A stretch of DNA of 63,705 bases, filler included, from Octopus bimaculoides (Eukaryota): the NCBI RefSeq assembly GCF_001194135.2. It is 6 parts of 5 records of this genome, joined end to end, with 100 filler letters (N's around TTAATTAATTAA, not from the genome) between each part and the next. Parts side by side here need not be neighbours in the genome. Positions count along the whole stretch, not along the records: positions 61,113 to 63,705 come from NC_068984.1; 5 more parts are not named here. One strand, 5' to 3'. This document shows positions 63,405-63,705 of this stretch, piece after piece (position 1 is the stretch's first letter; the number at the start of each line of letters is the position of its first letter). Below the pieces are notes generated by a model, which saw nothing but the letters and a program-made list of their open reading frames with translations, was not told where the DNA came from and ran no database searches. The position numbers and the translations under genes are program-made.

Positions 63405-63556
63405 GGCTGTGTGGTAAGTAGCCTGCTTACCAACCACATGGTTCCGGGTTCAGTCCCACTGTGTGGCACCTTGGGCAAGTGTCTTATATTATAGTCTCAG
63501 GCCGCCCAAAGCCTTGTGAGTGGATTTGGTAGACGGAAACTGAAAGAAGCCCATCA
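63405..63556 (+). mobile_element. tRNA-derived CORE-like SINE (CCTTGGGCAAGTGTCTT family)
   Basis: GGCTGTGTGGTAAGTAG...GGGTTCAGTCCC head. Further copies near 4450, 5050, 17900, 19910, 43240, 45650, 60640 and 62560. Confidence 0.85.
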
Positions 63557-63564
63557 TATATATA

Positions 63565-63705
63565 TCATCATCATCGTTTAACGTCCGCTTTCCATGCTAG
63601 CATGGGTTGGACGATTTGACTGAGGACTGGTGAAACCGGATGGCAACACCAGGTTCCAGTCTGATTTGGCAGAGTTTCTACAGCTGGATGCCCTTCCTAA
63701 CGCCA
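63565..63705 (-). mobile_element. SINE (V-domain-like, RTE-type tail), runs off the window end
   Basis: Near-identical to 61668-61826 and to the 3' part of 5568-5918. Confidence 0.85.

Overview
AT-rich, microsatellite- and SINE-dense animal genomic scaffold with N gaps. The repeat families suggest a cephalopod, most likely Octopus (inference from recall, no search run). Two host genes are supported. (1) The last coding exon of THUMPD1 on + (1224-1604). (2) A convergent minus-strand multi-exon gene (2719-20350, 5' end not found). Its exons join in consistent phase into a PAN/apple domain, a 15-nt micro-exon, about 430 aa of coiled-coil-like sequence and a short basic Pro-rich tail. A further orphan + strand exon-like ORF lies at 41604-41942. 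The rest is transposon debris: several tRNA-derived SINE families, RTE, CR1/L2 and RLE-type LINE fragments, a decayed hAT transposase, hAT, piggyBac-like and Merlin-like MITEs, fold-back elements and at least five Penelope-like element (PLE) fragments. The most striking signal is a set of type I hammerhead ribozyme motifs. Three are near-complete (606-690 +, 46130-46185 -, 47190-47263 +) and about five are decayed. The best one lies in sense orientation in what is probably the last THUMPD1 intron. No tRNA gene, rRNA or CRISPR array is supported.
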